64,000 bases of DNA. Origin: an uncultured Muribaculaceae bacterium. Lineage in GTDB: Bacteria > Pseudomonadota > Alphaproteobacteria > Rs-D84. How positions within the stretch are numbered: the first letter of the stretch is position 1; every line of letters begins with the position of its first letter. Below are positions 61,014 through 64,000 of the stretch, in pieces. The DNA lies in NCBI GenBank assembly GCA_964587855.1, contig CAZPLT010000002.1, positions 6,676 to 70,675 on the forward strand. Reading direction: 5' to 3'. The notes under the pieces were generated by a model that was not told the DNA's origin, ran no database searches, and saw only the letters and a program-made list of their open reading frames with translations. The position numbers and the translations under genes are program-made.

Positions 61014-62159
61014 ATGATAAAACGTGGTGAAGAAAGTACTTTGACCAGCTGGTATTTTGAAATAGACAGGCGTTTATTCTGGTGTGTGTTAATAATGTTT
61101 GTTGTAGGTTTGTGGGCGATGGTATCTGCCGGCAGTGTTGCGGCCGAGCGTCTTAATCCCCCCCAGCCATGGCATTTCTTTTTGATAAAGGCAATACCTC
61201 TGTACATAATTGGTTTAATAACTTTGATGGTTTCATCTTTTTTAAATCGTCGTCAAATAATGATTGTCAGTGTATTAAATGTATTGGTTTGTGGATTACT
61301 TTTGATTGCGACATTAATTATGCCGGCAGCGGTCAAGGGTTCTGCTAGATGGGTTGATTTAGGTTTCGCATCTGTTATGCCTAGTGATTTATTAAAGCCT
61401 GGCTTTATAATTATAACTGCTTGGTTTTTAACCAGGCTTGAAAAATTGGCACCTGGGGATATATTTTTTTCAAAACGGGTTTGGAAATGGGACGGGTGGC
61501 CAGTTTATTTATCAGCATTTCTACCGATGTTGATTATTATTTTAACTCACCCTGACTTTGGTTCTTTTACTCTTTATTCATTGGTATTTTGTGTAATGAT
61601 ATTTTTGGCAGGGCTGCCCATGTACTTTATACCTGTTTTAATAGGATTGGGATTTGGTGCTGGTGTGTTTGCATTTTTTACTATGGCTCACGTTAGATTG
61701 CGTATATTGGGATTTCTGGGACTAGCGGGTGGTGGTGATAATTACCAAATCAGAAAATCGGTCGAGGCAGTTCAACATGGCGGTCTGTTTGGTCGCGCCG
61801 AAGATAGTTTTATAAAGCAATCATTGCCTGATGCACATACAGACTTTGTGTTTTCAGCCATAGCAGAAGACTCTGGCGCAATAATTGCATGTATCTTATT
61901 ACTGGGATTTTTATATATATTAAAACGTTTGGCAGCAAACGCGATGAGCGCCAAAGATAAAATGGTATTTTATGCATGTGGTGGAATGATGGCTTTGTTT
62001 GGTGCCCAGGTATGTATTAATATAATGTCAACATTGGGATTATTCCCACCAAAGGGAATGACTTTACCGTTTATTTCATATGGGGGGTCTTCCTTCGTTG
62101 CTTTTTGTCTAGCATTTGGTATGATTATTGCATTGGTTCGTGAAGATAAGTGGAAATAG
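61014..62159 (+). CDS. ftsW: Peptidoglycan glycosyltransferase FtsW (SEDS family)
   Basis: 381-aa SEDS membrane protein positioned between mraY and murG. Confidence 0.9.
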   Translation: MIKRGEESTLTSWYFEIDRRLFWCVLIMFVVGLWAMVSAGSVAAERLNPPQPWHFFLIKAIPLYIIGLITLMVSSFLNRRQIMIVSVLNVLVCGLLLIATLIMPAAVKGSARWVDLGFASVMPSDLLKPGFIIITAWFLTRLEKLAPGDIFFSKRVWKWDGWPVYLSAFLPMLIIILTHPDFGSFTLYSLVFCVMIFLAGLPMYFIPVLIGLGFGAGVFAFFTMAHVRLRILGFLGLAGGGDNYQIRKSVEAVQHGGLFGRAEDSFIKQSLPDAHTDFVFSAIAEDSGAIIACILLLGFLYILKRLAANAMSAKDKMVFYACGGMMALFGAQVCINIMSTLGLFPPKGMTLPFISYGGSSFVAFCLAFGMIIALVREDKWK

Positions 62160-62175
62160 ATATAAACAGAGGTAA

Positions 62176-63234
62176 GTGATGAAAATTTGGATAGCAACCG
62201 GTGGAACCGGTGGACATATTTTTCCAGCAATCAGTGTTGCTGAAGAATTAGTGCGTCGTCATCATCGTGTTATTATTTCCAGTGATGGCCGCGGAATGCC
62301 AATTGTTAAAAAGAGCAAGCCTTTACGTTCTGGATCTGCTTTTATTTGGGCATCGGGGGTCGGTGCAAAATCAAAAATTCAACAAATTGTTGCGTTGTTT
62401 AAAATTGCTGTTTCCGCATTTGTAATGACTTTGCGTTTTATAATTTTTAAACCAACGCGTGTAGTTGCGTTTGGTGGATATTCGTCTGTGCCGGTGGTGT
62501 TTGCCGCCAGAATATGGAAAATACCGACATTATTACATGAACAAAATGCTCACATTGGTCGTGCTAATTTATTTGCTCTGCGCTGGATTGATAAATTGAT
62601 GACCAGTTTTCCAAATGTAAAGGGTATTCCAGAATCCAAGGTAAAAATTATTTATACTGGATTACCAGTACGCAGGGAATTCTTAATAGAAAAAGAGTAT
62701 AATCAAACAACAAATGAAAATCGTTTATTGGTTACGGGTGGCAGTTTAGGAGCACAAATTATAGATGAGGTTGTCCCTGATGCGATTATGAATTTACCAA
62801 TGACGTTTCGTAAAAAATTATTTATAACACAACAGACAAGACCTGAAAATGTTGCGCGCCTGCAAAGGTTTTATGCTAGTAATGGAATCAAGGCTAATGT
62901 AGTCAGCTTTATAAATGATATGGCGGATGCATTAGGCTCGGCAGAATTGATAATCAGTCGTGGTGGTGCCAGCACTATCGCAGAAATGCAAGCCATGGGT
63001 CGTCCAGCAATTATTGTTCCATTGGGAATAAATCCTGATCAGATTGCAAATGCAGAAGCTTTCGCGATAACTGGTGGGGCAATCGCAATCGAGCAAAAAA
63101 AGTTCACGGCAAAATGGCTGTCCGCAACGCTAGAAGAATTATTTGAAAATCCAGCCAGATTAAAAAAAATGGCGGACAAGGCGAAAATCCCAAACAAAGC
63201 CGTTGAAAATATAGTCAAAGAAATTTTGTTATAA
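62176..63234 (+). CDS. murG: UDP-GlcNAc:undecaprenyl-PP-MurNAc-pentapeptide GlcNAc transferase
   Basis: N-terminal GGTGGHIFPA motif; 352 aa. Confidence 0.95.
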   Translation: MMKIWIATGGTGGHIFPAISVAEELVRRHHRVIISSDGRGMPIVKKSKPLRSGSAFIWASGVGAKSKIQQIVALFKIAVSAFVMTLRFIIFKPTRVVAFGGYSSVPVVFAARIWKIPTLLHEQNAHIGRANLFALRWIDKLMTSFPNVKGIPESKVKIIYTGLPVRREFLIEKEYNQTTNENRLLVTGGSLGAQIIDEVVPDAIMNLPMTFRKKLFITQQTRPENVARLQRFYASNGIKANVVSFINDMADALGSAELIISRGGASTIAEMQAMGRPAIIVPLGINPDQIANAEAFAITGGAIAIEQKKFTAKWLSATLEELFENPARLKKMADKAKIPNKAVENIVKEILL

Positions 63235-63289
63235 AAAACTTGATTATATAATAATTATAATTTATAATCATTTTCGCATTTAAAGAATA

Positions 63290-63745
63290 ATGAAAATGAT
63301 ACAAAAAGAATTTATAAATATTATTGAACAAAATATGGTTGTTTTAGCCTGGTTGTCGGATACTTTGAAAAGACCGACCAATGTTTTATTACGCCGTCCC
63401 AGACAACAACTGGAAATTTTAGTTCGTTTACATTTGGGTGGTCGTTCCAAATTAAAAGATATTGCTGCACGTGAATATACGCCTGCTTCAAATTTGTGTT
63501 CGGTGTTTCGTATACTGGAACAAGAGGGCTTTGTAAAACGTGAAATTGATAAAGATGACCGTCGCAATACCTGGTATTCTGTTACATCAAGTGGTACAAA
63601 ATTGGCACGAAAAACCATAGATGCTTTTCGTAGACGTGTAGCGGAACTTTTTTCTGAAATATCGGATGAAGACGAAAAGAAATTAACAGAGGCACTTAAA
63701 AGTATGAATGTTATCTTAAATAAAATAAAACAGGAAAAAATATGA
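63290..63745 (+). CDS. MarR family transcriptional regulator
   Basis: Winged-helix MarR signature (..LEQEGFVKREIDKDDRRNTWYSVTSSG). Confidence 0.8.
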   Translation: MKMIQKEFINIIEQNMVVLAWLSDTLKRPTNVLLRRPRQQLEILVRLHLGGRSKLKDIAAREYTPASNLCSVFRILEQEGFVKREIDKDDRRNTWYSVTSSGTKLARKTIDAFRRRVAELFSEISDEDEKKLTEALKSMNVILNKIKQEKI

Positions 63746-64000
63746 AAAAAATAGCGATATTATTATCTTTGGTTATAGTTAGTTTTATGCAAAATGCGTT
63801 TGCTCGTGATTTATCTTTCAATGATGCAGTGAATATGATTTTGGTTGAATCCAATGATTTAAAAAAAGCGGATGCAAATGTAAAAAAGGTCCAGGCTCAA
63901 TTAGCTGCTGTAAATTCTAATCGTTGGTTTCATATCGATGGTACAGCAACTTATATGAATCTGGTAAATGTTAAAGATCCCAGTAATCCAAATGGTGTTG
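63742..64000 (+). CDS. TolC-like outer membrane efflux protein (5-prime part; continues beyond window)
   Basis: Signal peptide followed by OEP-family N-terminal repeat-like sequence. It overlaps the marR stop. Confidence 0.6.
   Translation, partial: MKKIAILLSLVIVSFMQNAFARDLSFNDAVNMILVESNDLKKADANVKKVQAQLAAVNSNRWFHIDGTATYMNLVNVKDPSNPNGV

Overview
This 64-kb window is low-GC chromosomal DNA with alphaproteobacterial (Rickettsiales/Holosporales-like) gene content. It is densely packed with housekeeping genes on both strands; full coordinates are in the feature list.

RNA genes: four tRNAs, Val-UAC, Val-GAC, Glu and Gln.

Housekeeping genes I could support: ybaB, pnp, rpsO, truB, mutS, xseB, mreB, rnpA, yidD, accB, accC, infC, pal, lptF/G, lptD, a SurA-like chaperone, rlmN, parA, parB, gpsA, rsmG, metG, queH, der, rpoH, a porin, YfgM-like and BamB-like proteins, comF, valS, an acyl-ACP thioesterase, rpmH, gyrA, rpmE, mraY, ftsW, murG, and a MarR regulator next to a partial TolC-like gene.

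Three regions look accessory or unusual:

1. Positions 1 to about 5450 carry the end of an integrative element sitting against the 3-prime end of tRNA-Val(UAC). It encodes a non-canonical Hsp70-family ATPase (truncated by the window edge) whose start codon overlaps the stop of a small upstream gene. It also encodes a zinc-ribbon small protein, a large serine recombinase and a NERD-domain protein whose start overlaps the recombinase stop. A perfect palindrome lies at the tRNA junction.

2. Positions 46.4 to 48.4 kb, just after gyrA, hold a DinD homolog and a clearly recognisable DpnI-like restriction-endonuclease gene. The DpnI gene is interrupted by a single in-frame TAA, so I call it a pseudogene.

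3. Positions 53.3 to 59.9 kb hold five consecutive large polytopic membrane proteins with K/E-rich tails, one transcribed divergently from the other four. They are tightly packed immediately upstream of mraY. This may be a VirB6/TrbL-like paralog array (as in Rickettsiales rvh type IV secretion systems) or an undescribed membrane system.

Other points worth a second look:
- A 19-bp duplication of the tRNA-Gln 3-prime end brackets a roughly 170-bp terminator-flanked segment. This is a candidate small RNA or a decayed integration scar.
- The tRNA-Glu has an apparent CUC anticodon.
- murD is missing between mraY and ftsW.
- rpmH is uncoupled from rnpA.
- Two tandem paralogous small proteins lie near gyrA.
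- There are two secreted repeat-containing proteins.
- Two enzymes have degenerate catalytic motifs (an IMPase-like and a UDG family-4-like protein).
- infC appears to start at an AUA codon behind a strong Shine-Dalgarno sequence.

I found no rRNA genes and no CRISPR array.
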